Positions 29,187 to 38,748 of a stretch of 64,000 nucleotides of DNA are shown one piece after another; positions within the stretch are counted from its first letter, which is position 1; the number at the start of each line of letters is the position of its first letter. The notes beneath the pieces were generated by a model, which was given only the letters and a program-made list of their open reading frames with translations, was not told the DNA's origin and ran no database searches. Origin of the DNA: Burkholderiales bacterium. GTDB lineage: Bacteria > Pseudomonadota > Gammaproteobacteria > Burkholderiales > JAHFRG01. The position numbers and the translations under genes were made by a program. The stretch is from the NCBI GenBank assembly GCA_036522275.1, contig DATDGC010000073.1, positions 1,021 to 65,020 on the forward strand, given 5' to 3'.

Positions 29187-29305
29187 GAAGTCCTCCTTAT
29201 GATAGATTGCATTCAGGCAGTGAATCCCGCCTGTTTTATGAGTAGCTATACCGGAGAGGGGTTGACGCTGATAAAAGACCATTCCCCCATAGCACCTACC
29301 GTTCC

Positions 29306-29334
29306 ATCCTATACCCAGGACGGGGCAAAATCAA
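29306..29334 (-). promoter_or_regulatory. possible sigma-70 promoter for the TRAP operon
   Basis: The minus strand reads TTGATT-N17-TAGGAT about 120 nt upstream of the dctP ATG. This is a motif match only. Confidence 0.2.
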
Positions 29335-29366
29335 TTGCGCACTACCGCGAACATTCTGGACTGAGT

Positions 29367-30755
29367 TTATACCCTGGCCAGTACCGCAATAGCCGGTGCA
29401 AAGCCGACCGATTTTACGCGCTTGGCATCCGGATGCCAGCCAAGAACCAGCACCAAGGCCGCGAAACCCAGCATATATGCCAGCGCCACATGCCAGCCAT
29501 GCCTGAGCCACAATGCCACCGACTTTGCCTCCGGGTACATGTTCGACAGCGCCACGCCTGCCGAGGAACCGAACCAGATCATCGAACCACCGAAACCCAC
29601 CGCGTAGGCAAGATAGCCCCAGTCGTACCCGCCCTGTTTGAGCGCCAGGGCAGTGAGCGGAATGTTGTCGAACACCGCTGAAACAAAACCCAGGCCAAGC
29701 GCCGAATGCCAGGAAGCGGCCGGCAATTTTTCCACGGGCATGAGCGACGCGCACAGAATCAGCGATAGCAGAAAAATGCTGCCCTTGACCGCGTTTGGCA
29801 CCACCTTCCAGTCGGGTTTGCGAAGCGGCGCTGCAATCAAGATCGCCAGCCACACCGCCGCGCCGATAAAGGGGAAGCGGTCAGAAATATCGGCAAACCC
29901 GACGTTGACCACGACGTTGGCGACGATCGCGGCAATCAGGATCAGCGCGACGATAGCAACCCGCCCCCAATCAACCCTCACTCCGCGCGGCGGGTCTTTC
30001 CTGATAGGCGAATAGCGCTGCTGCTGCAGCGCCGCAGGAATGCCAAATATCACCATCGCCACGGATGCCCCTACATAAGCTTCAAGCACATCGAGTGGGT
30101 TCACTCCGTCGATCCACATCATCGTGGTGGTGGTGTCGCCGACCACGCTGCCCGATCCGCCGGCGTTCGAAGCGGCGACAATCGCCGCAAGGTAGCCGAT
30201 ATGCACCTTGTGCTTGAAGACGGTCGCCGCAATCGTGCCGCCGATGATTGCCGCCGCGATGTTGTCAAGGAAGCTCGACAACACGAAGATCATCACCAGC
30301 AACATGAACCCGCCCTTCCAGTCGTCCGGAAGGAATTTCGGCAGCATGGCCGGAACCTGGCTCTCTTCGAAATGCCTGGAAAGCAGCGCGAATCCGACCA
30401 GCAGCAGGAACAGGTTGGTAAGAATCACCCACTCATGCCCCATGTGAGAGACGAAACCGGCAAAGCCGGGCCCTGACTTGAACCCGACGAGCAGGAACTT
30501 ATAACCGAGGATAACTACGAGACCGGTGAGCGCCACGTAAAGCGTGTGGCGATGGAACAGCGCCACGCCCAACAGCGTCAGTCCAAACAGAACGAAATCC
30601 ACCGGGATGCCGAACAACGCAGGTCCGTCTCGCCCGACGCTGCCGCTGGCTGGCGCCGCGCTGGCCACGCCGCTCCATGCCAGTATGAATGCCGCGGGCA
30701 ACAGGTGATGTTTCCCGCGCGCGATGCACCTAATGTTATTTTCAAAAAAAACCAT
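29367..30755 (-). CDS. nhaD: NhaD-type Na+/H+ antiporter (ArsB/NhaD permease superfamily)
   Basis: ORF-track 29367..30806 trimmed to Met18. GIPVDFVLFGLTLLGVALFHRHTL is typical of NhaD. Confidence 0.8.
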   Translation of the reverse strand: MVFFENNIRCIARGKHHLLPAAFILAWSGVASAAPASGSVGRDGPALFGIPVDFVLFGLTLLGVALFHRHTLYVALTGLVVILGYKFLLVGFKSGPGFAGFVSHMGHEWVILTNLFLLLVGFALLSRHFEESQVPAMLPKFLPDDWKGGFMLLVMIFVLSSFLDNIAAAIIGGTIAATVFKHKVHIGYLAAIVAASNAGGSGSVVGDTTTTMMWIDGVNPLDVLEAYVGASVAMVIFGIPAALQQQRYSPIRKDPPRGVRVDWGRVAIVALILIAAIVANVVVNVGFADISDRFPFIGAAVWLAILIAAPLRKPDWKVVPNAVKGSIFLLSLILCASLMPVEKLPAASWHSALGLGFVSAVFDNIPLTALALKQGGYDWGYLAYAVGFGGSMIWFGSSAGVALSNMYPEAKSVALWLRHGWHVALAYMLGFAALVLVLGWHPDAKRVKSVGFAPAIAVLARV

Positions 30756-30818
30756 GCTCCCCTTCCTTAGGAACCGCGCGATTCTAACACCGGGCGCGGC
30801 GAACACGCAGGTTTGGCT

Positions 30819-31946
30819 TCATGCCCGTTCCGATTTTCCCATCCACAGGTTGCTCTGCAGGCGCGCCACATCGTTGAGCGAACCGGATTTTTTGAGTTGT
30901 TCGCGCAACCAGAATGAATCGTTGCGGCGCGCTGCCGCCTCGTCGAGCAATTGGTTGAGCGCCGCGCCGCTCTCCAGCGCTACGGCGTGCGGTGCGAGTT
31001 GTTTGAGGGTGGCTATGAGGTCGTCACACAAGTTGGCATGCTGCTGATCATAAGGATTGATGAAATTGGCGGCGAAGCCGAAGCGGCAGGACTGGAAGCG
31101 GTTGTAGTTGTAAACCAAATAAAGATCCTGCGTCGCCCGCCGTGGCCGTTCAATCAGGTAATAATGCGCGAGTGCCTGGGCGAAAGCCGCAAGCAGCGCC
31201 GCCTTGTCCACCGTCAATGGCGTGTCGCAGATGCGGATTTCCACGGTTCCATATTCCGGCTTGGGCCGGATATCCCAGTAGAAATCCTTCATGCTTTCCA
31301 CGATTTTGTAGCGATGCATTTTCTCAAAATAGGCGTTGAATTCATCCCAGCTTTCAACCAATGGCATGGTGCCGCTTAAAGGAAAGGCGCTGATGGCGTT
31401 GAGACGAGAGGAGGCAAAACTTGTGTCTTCGCCCTGGTAAAACGGCGAAGAGGCAGAAAGCGCGATGAAATGCGGAATATGGCGTGACAACATGTGGATG
31501 AGATAGACCGCGTCATCGCCGTTGGGGCAGCCGATGTGGATGTGCTGCCCGAATACCGTGAACTGCTTGGCGAGATAGCCATAGAGATTAAGCAGATGCT
31601 TGAAACGCTCGGTTGGATAAATGCGCCGCTCGCTCCACTGGTGAAAGGGATGCGAGCCTCCGCCGGCAATGCGTAGGTTGAGGAGTTCGGCTTGGCGCGC
31701 CACCACGTTGCGGACAGTCCGTAGCTCGTCCGCAAGAGTCGTGTAGCGTTCGTGGATCGAGGAATTGAGTTCGATCATGCTCTCAGTGATTTCCGGCTTG
31801 ACCTGACCCGGATGTTTCACTTTGCCAAGCCTCGCCAGCAAATCAGCGGCATCGCGCGCCAGATTGCAATCGTGGGACTTGAGGATCTGCAGCTCAAGCT
31901 CAACGCCCATGGTGAACGCCGGCGATTGTGTGAATTCAAGCGTCAT
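30819..31946 (-). CDS. ybdK: carboxylate-amine ligase (glutamate-cysteine ligase family 2)
   Basis: 375 aa. FTMGVELELQIL, EITESMIELNS and FGQHIHIG are YbdK/GCS2 signatures. Confidence 0.9.
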   Translation of the reverse strand: MTLEFTQSPAFTMGVELELQILKSHDCNLARDAADLLARLGKVKHPGQVKPEITESMIELNSSIHERYTTLADELRTVRNVVARQAELLNLRIAGGGSHPFHQWSERRIYPTERFKHLLNLYGYLAKQFTVFGQHIHIGCPNGDDAVYLIHMLSRHIPHFIALSASSPFYQGEDTSFASSRLNAISAFPLSGTMPLVESWDEFNAYFEKMHRYKIVESMKDFYWDIRPKPEYGTVEIRICDTPLTVDKAALLAAFAQALAHYYLIERPRRATQDLYLVYNYNRFQSCRFGFAANFINPYDQQHANLCDDLIATLKQLAPHAVALESGAALNQLLDEAAARRNDSFWLREQLKKSGSLNDVARLQSNLWMGKSERA

Positions 31947-33145
31947 CGCCGTTCTCCGGCCTCGCCCGCCTGCTTCAGCGCAAACTGAGTCGCCAGCGGG
32001 CCGATAAGCTCCAATATCGCCACTGCGGAAAGCACCACCGCCGACAACTTGGCGCCAAATTCAGGATACAAACTGGAGGCGTCTTGCACCATGACGATGG
32101 CGAGCCCTGACATAGGCAGCAAGGCAATGCTGAGCAGACCCGCAGACCCCGGGCGCAGCCCGCTGAAACGGCCGAACACCAGGATCGCCAGCGCCTTGCC
32201 GAGGAAACGCAGCACGATGTACATACCGGCGATGAACCCCACCTGCGGCAGCGCATTGAAGCGCAGGCCCGCGCCCGCCATCACAAAAAGAATCACAAAA
32301 AACAACTGCCCGCCATGACCGAATTGCACCGCCATCAGTTTGTGGCGGAAATCGAGATTACGCGCCAGTATCCCGACAGTGAGCAGTGTAACCAGCACCG
32401 AAAGATTGAGTGAGCGGGCCAACCCCGCAGTGAGCACAATCATTCCGACCAGCATGATGAACTGGCGATCCTCGCGCTTGCCCAGCCAGGCGGCGAAACG
32501 CAGCACGAAGAAACTCACGACGAGACCCGTCAGCAGCGAACCCAGCATGACATAGAGCGGTTGAGGCAGCGTTTCCGCCCATCCGACTTGCTGTTCCAAA
32601 TGCAGAAACGGCAGCAGCATGGTCACACTGAAGAAGGCAAACACGCTGTTCACGGCGGTGAGCAGCAGCATGCGTTCAGTGAGCTGGCCCTCGGAGCGCA
32701 ATTCGTGCGCTACCAGTAGCACCACCGCAGGAGAGGTGGCGATTCCGATCGCCGCGGCAAGCGCGGCAAACAGCGGCGGATAATCAAAATAGCGCAGCCC
32801 AAGGTAAACCGCACAGAAGGCAAAGGCGCTTTCCGCAATCGCAGTAGCGAACAGCCAGCGGTTGCGGCGCAGCCATTGGTAATCAAGGCGGCGACCGAGC
32901 TCGAACAGAATCAAGCCCAACGAAATATCCACAAACACCCGGCTTTCCTGGATGAGCTGGGTGCTCAATACGCCCAATCCTCCGGGACCGAACAGCATGC
33001 CCACCAGCACATAACCGGTGATGCGCGGCAGGGAGAACAGCCGCGCCGCTTCGCCGCCAAGCAAACCCACCAGCAGCAGCAAGCCGAACAGGATGGGCGG
33101 TGTGAGTGCGGGAGGCAAAGTTGGCAGAAAGTTGAGCTCGGGCAT
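31943..33145 (-). CDS. cation:proton antiporter (CPA2/Kef-type membrane domain)
   Basis: 400 aa, polytopic, Na_H_exchanger-like. 4-nt overlap with ybdK. Confidence 0.8.
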   Translation of the reverse strand: MPELNFLPTLPPALTPPILFGLLLLVGLLGGEAARLFSLPRITGYVLVGMLFGPGGLGVLSTQLIQESRVFVDISLGLILFELGRRLDYQWLRRNRWLFATAIAESAFAFCAVYLGLRYFDYPPLFAALAAAIGIATSPAVVLLVAHELRSEGQLTERMLLLTAVNSVFAFFSVTMLLPFLHLEQQVGWAETLPQPLYVMLGSLLTGLVVSFFVLRFAAWLGKREDRQFIMLVGMIVLTAGLARSLNLSVLVTLLTVGILARNLDFRHKLMAVQFGHGGQLFFVILFVMAGAGLRFNALPQVGFIAGMYIVLRFLGKALAILVFGRFSGLRPGSAGLLSIALLPMSGLAIVMVQDASSLYPEFGAKLSAVVLSAVAILELIGPLATQFALKQAGEAGERR

Positions 33146-33162
33146 GGTGATTGAACAGTTAA

Positions 33163-33246
33163 GGAACCTCTGAATAAGTCCCCCGTGGAGCGCGTTTCTG
33201 GCGCAATGCGAGCGTCGCGCCCGCGTAGGACTTGTTCAGCGGTTCC
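33163..33246. repeat. 84-bp internally deleted derivative (copy D) of the TIR-bounded element family
   Basis: GGAACCTCTGAATAAGTCC ... GGACTTGTTCAGCGGTTCC are the same TIR type as copies B and C. It lies 17 nt upstream of the antiporter ATG. Confidence 0.6.
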
Positions 33247-33393
33247 ATAAGTAAAACAACGGATGCGTTGCGCGTGAACGGTAATTTCACGCCCGCATGA
33301 GACAGGAACTGCTAATTGACGATAGCCAGATTATAACCAGCGTCTGTTTTTTCGGGCAAACAAATTTTTCCGCCGGTCGTGCAACGCAATAAT

Positions 33394-34035
33394 TCAATCA
33401 ACGAGGATAATGTGCACTCGATAAGGACCATGTGCGCCAAGAGTCACGGTTTGCTCGATATCCGCGGTGCGTGAAGGGCCTGAGACAAAGTTTACTGCTC
33501 GTGGCATTACAGGATATTCTCTGCGCAGCAAGCTCCAGACTTCTTCCATGCCTTTTACAATGCGCGTGCCGCGCACCACCGCGATGTGCGTTTCAGGCAA
33601 AAGGCTGGTCGCGGGAGAAGTATCTTTTCCTGAAAGCAGCACCAGCGTGCCGGTTTCGGCAATCGCGCAATAAGCGCCGGTGATGCCGACCAGATCACTT
33701 CCTTGCGCGGGCCGCGCGGTTACGTTCATGCCCTGCGCAGCCCAATCGTGTTGCGCGAACTCCGGCCAGCACACGGCTTGCAGCGGCAGATTATTTTCGC
33801 GCAAATAACGCGCGACCGCTTGCGGCATTTCGCTGAATGACGCGATCTGATCCACGCTGCTCGCTAAACTCAAAGCGCGCTCGCGAAAGCGCGTTTTGAG
33901 ATTCCATTCCGCCTGCGGCCTGGGGCCCGCCGAATGTTGGCTAATATAAGCGTTAATTTCCCCGCGCTCGGCGCGGCTTGCGCTCTTGCCGAGCGCGGCG
34001 CAAATGCGGCCCAGGGTGTTTTCGCGTGCGCTCAT
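33394..34035 (-). CDS. lutC: LUD-domain lactate utilisation protein C
   Basis: 213 aa, LutC/YkgG-like (VNFVSGPSRTADIE). Confidence 0.8.
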   Translation of the reverse strand: MSARENTLGRICAALGKSASRAERGEINAYISQHSAGPRPQAEWNLKTRFRERALSLASSVDQIASFSEMPQAVARYLRENNLPLQAVCWPEFAQHDWAAQGMNVTARPAQGSDLVGITGAYCAIAETGTLVLLSGKDTSPATSLLPETHIAVVRGTRIVKGMEEVWSLLRREYPVMPRAVNFVSGPSRTADIEQTVTLGAHGPYRVHIILVD

Positions 34036-35543
34036 CCGTGCGTCGGCATGTCCAGCCTGTGTTTTTCGGCCTGCTCCGGCCAGCGCCCCGTGACCGTCTT
34101 GGTGCGGGTGTAGAACTTCACGCCTTCCACGCCATGCACGTGCAAATCGCCGAACAACGAATTTTTCCAGCCGCCGAAGGAGAAGAACGCCATCGGCACC
34201 GGGATCGGCACATTGATGCCGACCATGCCCACTTCGATTTCGTGCTGGAAGCGCCTTGCCAGTGCGCCTGAGCGTGTAAACACCGCGGTGCCGTTGGCGT
34301 GGGGATTGCGGTTGACCAACTTGATGGCTTCATCGAAATCCCTGGCCCGCAGCACGATCAGCACCGGGCCGAAAATTTCGTCGCGGTAAATCGCCATTTG
34401 CGGCGTCACATGATCAAACAGCGAAGGCCCCAGATAAAAACCATTTTCATGGCCGCTGACTTTGAGATTGCGCCCGTCCAGCACCAGCTTCGCGCCTTCC
34501 TTCTCGCCGAGGTCGATATAGCCTTTCACCCGGTCGCGGTGGGCGCGCGTCACGAGCGGTCCCATCTCCACTTCTCTAATATGTCCCGGCCCGACCTTGA
34601 TTTTTGCTGCCTTGTCGCGCAATTTCGCCACCAGGGGATCGGCTGCTTCGCCCACCGCCACCACGGCGGAAATCGCCATACAGCGCTCGCCCGCCGAACC
34701 ATAAGCCGCGCCGATCAAGGCGTCCGCGGTAAATTCCGGATCGGCATCCGGCAGCACCACCGCGTGGTTTTTCGCACCGCCCAGCGCCTGCACCCGCTTG
34801 CCGTTCTTCGCGCAAGTTTCATAAACGTATTTGGCGACCGGCGTCGAACCGACGAAGGACACGGCCTTGATATCAGGGTGATGCAAAATCGCATCCACCG
34901 CTTCCTTGTCCCCTTGCACCACGTTGAACACGCCGTCGGGCAGCCCCGCCTCCTTGAACAGTTCGGCCATGCGCAGGCTGGCGGAGGGCACTTTTTCGGA
35001 AGGCTTCAGCACAAAGGTATTGCCGCAGGCAATTGCCACTGGGAACATCCACAGCGGCACCATCACCGGAAAATTAAACGGCGTGATTCCTGCGCACACG
35101 CCCAGCGGCTGCTTGAGCGAATAGCAATCCACGCCTGCTCCCACGTTTTCCGCATGTTCGCCCTTCAGCAAATGCGGTATGCCGCAGGCGAATTCCACAA
35201 CTTCAATGCCGCGCTGCAGCGAGCCGGCAGCATCCGACAATGTCTTGCCGTGTTCTTCACTCGCGAGCCGCGCCAGTTGTTCTCGGTTTTTTTCCAAAAA
35301 CTGCAAATAACGCATCATGATACGCGCGCGCTTGAGCGGCGGGGTTTCGCTCCAAGCGGGAAACGCCTGTTTGGCTGCGGCAACCGCGGCATCAATATCC
35401 GCGCCGTTGGCAAACGGCACGTGGCGGATCACTTCGCCAGTCGCCGGATTGGTCACCTCGCCAAAGCGCGCGCTTTGGCTCGCAACTTTGCCGCCGCCGA
35501 TCCACAACGGCAGTAGAGAAAGGGTTTCAGCGGGCTTATTCAT
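34032..35543 (-). CDS. mmsA: CoA-acylating methylmalonate/malonate-semialdehyde dehydrogenase
   Basis: 503 aa, MmsA/IolA-type ALDH (ITPFNFPVMVPLWMFPVAIACGNTFVLKPSEK, catalytic-Cys region GERCMA). Confidence 0.9.
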   Translation of the reverse strand: MNKPAETLSLLPLWIGGGKVASQSARFGEVTNPATGEVIRHVPFANGADIDAAVAAAKQAFPAWSETPPLKRARIMMRYLQFLEKNREQLARLASEEHGKTLSDAAGSLQRGIEVVEFACGIPHLLKGEHAENVGAGVDCYSLKQPLGVCAGITPFNFPVMVPLWMFPVAIACGNTFVLKPSEKVPSASLRMAELFKEAGLPDGVFNVVQGDKEAVDAILHHPDIKAVSFVGSTPVAKYVYETCAKNGKRVQALGGAKNHAVVLPDADPEFTADALIGAAYGSAGERCMAISAVVAVGEAADPLVAKLRDKAAKIKVGPGHIREVEMGPLVTRAHRDRVKGYIDLGEKEGAKLVLDGRNLKVSGHENGFYLGPSLFDHVTPQMAIYRDEIFGPVLIVLRARDFDEAIKLVNRNPHANGTAVFTRSGALARRFQHEIEVGMVGINVPIPVPMAFFSFGGWKNSLFGDLHVHGVEGVKFYTRTKTVTGRWPEQAEKHRLDMPTHG

Positions 35544-35546
35544 GGC

Positions 35547-36950
35547 TCACCTCATTCGGTCTTGGTACTGCTCGCGGAAGGTGCGGCCTTCAGGCGCAGG
35601 CATATCGCGCCCATCGCTCCAGCCGTGCCCTCCCGGAAGATGATGCAGAAGTTTTTCCTCGCCCGCCACCCCTTTCAGGATGCGCGCGGTAATGCGCGAG
35701 AGCGCAGCATAAATTCCGGGATGCAGAGCCGCCCACGCCCAGATTTTCAACGCCAGCCGTTCCTGCCAAGGGCGCAGGCCTTGGTCCGTCTGCTGCTCGC
35801 GCAGATTGCGCATCAAATCGGGAAGCGGTATTTTCACCGGGCACACCACCGCGCACTCGCCGCACAGGGTGGAAGCATTGGGCAAATCCAGCGCGTTTTC
35901 CAGTCCGGCATAGACCGGCGTCAACACCGAGCCCATCGGCCCGGGATACACCCAGCCGTAGGCGTGGCCGCCGATATTCTGATACACCGGGCAGTGGTTC
36001 ATGCACGCGCCGCAGCGGATGCAGCGCAGCATGCTTTGCATCGCCCCGCCCAGCAATTTGGTTCGTCCCGCATCCACCAGCACGATGTGGAAATGTTCCG
36101 GTCCATCGCTTTCATCCCTGCCTTTAACGCCGCTATTAATGGAAACGTAATTGGTAATCGCCTGCCCGGTGGCGGAACGTGGCAAAAGACGCAGTAAGGT
36201 CGCGATATCCTCCAGCGTCGGCACCACTTTCTCGATGCCGGTAATCGCCACATGCACGCGCGGCATAGTGGTCACCATGCGGCCGTTGGCTTCATTCGTG
36301 ACGATGAGTGTAGACCCGGTTTCTGCAATCAAAAAATTGGCGCCGGTAATGCCCATGTCTGCGGAAAGAAAATGTGGTCGCAGTACCTCGCGCGCTTCGC
36401 GGCAGAGTTCCGGTATGCCGGTCTTGCGCGCTTTCTTGTGCTTCTGTTCGAACAGATCCGAAACTTCGTCCTTGGTCTTGTGCACCACCGGGGCGACGAT
36501 GTGCGAGGGCGGCTCATGCGCAAGCTGCAGGATGTATTCGCCGAGATCGGTTTCCACCACTTCGATCCCCGCCGCTTCCAGCGCCTCGTTGAGCGCGCAC
36601 TCTTCGCTCACCATGGATTTTGATTTGACTGCTTTGCGCACGCCATGCAGTTCGGCGATTTCACAGATGATGCGATTCACATCTTGCGCAGTTTCCGCCC
36701 AGTGCACTACCGCGCCGCGCGCAGCTGCGTTTTTTTCAAACTGCTCGAGATAAAGGTCCAGGTCACGGATGACGCGGTCGCGTATGCCGGCAGCGGCATC
36801 ACGGTACGCCTCGAAATTTTCCAGTTCGAGAATGGCATCGGCGCGGGCGTGAACAAACTTGCCTTGCGCCTTGGCCAGCGCCTGCTGTAGTCGCGTATCG
36901 CGCAGTTTTTCGCCGGCGCGCGCCTTGAAGTACATGGATGTGATTTGCAC
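35547..36950 (-). CDS. lutB: iron-sulfur lactate utilisation protein B
   Basis: 467 aa. CIRCGACMNHCPVY and CGECAVVCPVKIP ferredoxin motifs plus a LUD domain. Confidence 0.9.
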   Translation of the reverse strand: MQITSMYFKARAGEKLRDTRLQQALAKAQGKFVHARADAILELENFEAYRDAAAGIRDRVIRDLDLYLEQFEKNAAARGAVVHWAETAQDVNRIICEIAELHGVRKAVKSKSMVSEECALNEALEAAGIEVVETDLGEYILQLAHEPPSHIVAPVVHKTKDEVSDLFEQKHKKARKTGIPELCREAREVLRPHFLSADMGITGANFLIAETGSTLIVTNEANGRMVTTMPRVHVAITGIEKVVPTLEDIATLLRLLPRSATGQAITNYVSINSGVKGRDESDGPEHFHIVLVDAGRTKLLGGAMQSMLRCIRCGACMNHCPVYQNIGGHAYGWVYPGPMGSVLTPVYAGLENALDLPNASTLCGECAVVCPVKIPLPDLMRNLREQQTDQGLRPWQERLALKIWAWAALHPGIYAALSRITARILKGVAGEEKLLHHLPGGHGWSDGRDMPAPEGRTFREQYQDRMR

Positions 36951-36958
36951 TAAACGCC

Positions 36959-37681
36959 CTATTCCCCGGCCAATAATTCGGCCACATGCAGCACGCGCGT
37001 CTTATTATCACCGCGGCGGCGCAACCTGCCTTCGATATTCAGCATGCAACCCAGATCGCCCAGCACCACAGCAGCAGCGCCACTGGCTTGAATGGCGTTG
37101 CATTTGTTGTCCGCCATGCGTGTGGAAATGTCGCCAAATTTGACCGAAAAAGTTCCGCCGAAACCGCAGCAGGTTTCACAATCCTGCATTTCTTTCAGCT
37201 GCAATCCGGGCGTTTTGGCGAGCAGCAGGCGCGGCTGGCTTTTTACTCCCAACTCGCGCAAGCCCGAACAGGAATCGTGGTAAGTGATGCTGCCATGGAA
37301 GCTGCCCGGAACGTTTTGCAGTTTCGCCACATTGACCAGAAAATCGGTAAGCTCGTAAGTGCGTCGTGCGAGCTCGCTGATTTTTCCAAGCTGTTGCGGC
37401 TCATCCTGGAACAATCGGGGATAGTGTTCGCGTATCATGCCGGCGCACGAGCCGGAAGGCACCACCACGTAATCGCAGCCGGCGAATTCGTGCAGCACTT
37501 TGAGCGCCAGCGCTTTCGCGGGAGTGCGATCGCCGGAATTATAACCAGGCTGGCCGCAACAGGTCTGCGTACCCGGGACTATCACTTCGCAACCCGAGGC
37601 CTCCAGGAGCTGCAGCGCGGCAAAACCGATGCGTGGGCGCATCAAATCCACAAGGCAGGTCACGAAAAGCCCGACACGCAT
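36959..37681 (-). CDS. lutA: (Fe-S)-binding lactate utilisation protein A (CCG domains)
   Basis: 240 aa. MRVGLFVTCLVD and TCCGQPGYNSGD / TCCGFGG CCG motifs. Confidence 0.9.
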   Translation of the reverse strand: MRVGLFVTCLVDLMRPRIGFAALQLLEASGCEVIVPGTQTCCGQPGYNSGDRTPAKALALKVLHEFAGCDYVVVPSGSCAGMIREHYPRLFQDEPQQLGKISELARRTYELTDFLVNVAKLQNVPGSFHGSITYHDSCSGLRELGVKSQPRLLLAKTPGLQLKEMQDCETCCGFGGTFSVKFGDISTRMADNKCNAIQASGAAAVVLGDLGCMLNIEGRLRRRGDNKTRVLHVAELLAGE

Positions 37682-37763
37682 CGCACGTCCTGTTAATGAT
37701 GAACCAATCCTGATAAATCATAACATAACACCTGCGGCGTTCCGGGCCTTGCCCAACCCAAAA

Positions 37764-38741
37764 TCAGCCGCCGCCAGACAGATAGTGCACCGCGAAGAGT
37801 CGCTGCGCGTCGGTCCATACGCGCAGCGGCTCGAATCCTGCTTGCAGCGCCAATTGCTGAAACTCCCCTACCGAATATTTATAGGAATTCTCGGTATGAA
37901 TCGTCTCCCCGGCAATGAAATCAAAGCGCCTGCCTTGTATCATGACCTGCTGCGCGACCAGGCTTTCCAGGTGCATTTCAATACGCCCTTCTCCTGCATT
38001 GTAAAAAGCGCGATGGCGAAAGTTCTCCAGCATGAAATCGCCTTTGAGTTCGCGGTTGATGCGTGCCAGCAAATTCAAATTGAATTCGGCGGTGACGCCC
38101 CGGCTGTCGTTGTAAGCGGCGTCGAGTTGCGCCTGCGGTTTTTTTAAATCCACTCCCACCAACATTCCGCCACCCGGCCCCACCACCTGCAAGGCGTGTT
38201 TCAAGAACACGGCTGTTTCCTCTTTGGTGAAATTACCGATTGTGGAACCGGGGAAATAAATCGCCCTGCGCTTGAGTCCGGGCACAACGCATTCGGGCAG
38301 CGCGATGGGCTCGGAATAATCGGCGCACACCGCGATCACCTGCATTCCCGGAAATGCTTGCGCGAGTTCCCGTGACGAAACGCGCAGTTGCTCGCAAGCG
38401 ATGTCAATGGGCATGTAAGCTGGCGGATGCAAGCGCTCAAGCAGGATGCGCGTTTTGCGGCTGGTGCCGTTGCCGTATTCAATCAGCAAGCAACCGGCAC
38501 CCAAAAGCTGCGCCATTTCCGCAGCAAACCGCTGCATCATGGCGGTTTCAGTACGTGTCAAATAGTACTCGGGAAGTTCGCAGATGGCGCCGAACAGCTC
38601 GCAGCCGCGGCGATCGTAAAAAAACTTGGCGGGAATTTGTTTCTGGGGCTTGGCCAGTCCGGCCAGAACTTCGTTGAGAAAACTTTGTTGCGCGGAAAGA
38701 AGATTATAATACCGGACCGGCCGATCCCCATCCGAACTCAT
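37764..38741 (-). CDS. EgtD-family SAM-dependent amino-acid N-alpha-methyltransferase (histidine betaine synthase-like)
   Basis: The ORF track starts at GTG 38747 and an ATG follows at 38741. IPAKFFYDRRGCELFGAICELPEYYLTRTE and GNGTSRKTRILL match EgtD-type proteins. Confidence 0.7.
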   Translation of the reverse strand: MSSDGDRPVRYYNLLSAQQSFLNEVLAGLAKPQKQIPAKFFYDRRGCELFGAICELPEYYLTRTETAMMQRFAAEMAQLLGAGCLLIEYGNGTSRKTRILLERLHPPAYMPIDIACEQLRVSSRELAQAFPGMQVIAVCADYSEPIALPECVVPGLKRRAIYFPGSTIGNFTKEETAVFLKHALQVVGPGGGMLVGVDLKKPQAQLDAAYNDSRGVTAEFNLNLLARINRELKGDFMLENFRHRAFYNAGEGRIEMHLESLVAQQVMIQGRRFDFIAGETIHTENSYKYSVGEFQQLALQAGFEPLRVWTDAQRLFAVHYLSGGG

Positions 38742-38748
38742 TGCCACT

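Noticed and set aside
17980-38747. A dispersed ergothioneine pathway (EgtC-like 17980-18750, EgtA-like ybdK 30819-31946, EgtD-like 37764-38747).
   Set aside because: No EgtB or OvoA homologue is in the window. YafJ and YbdK are widespread stand-alone families, and the genes are unlinked (more than 6 kb apart, in different operons).
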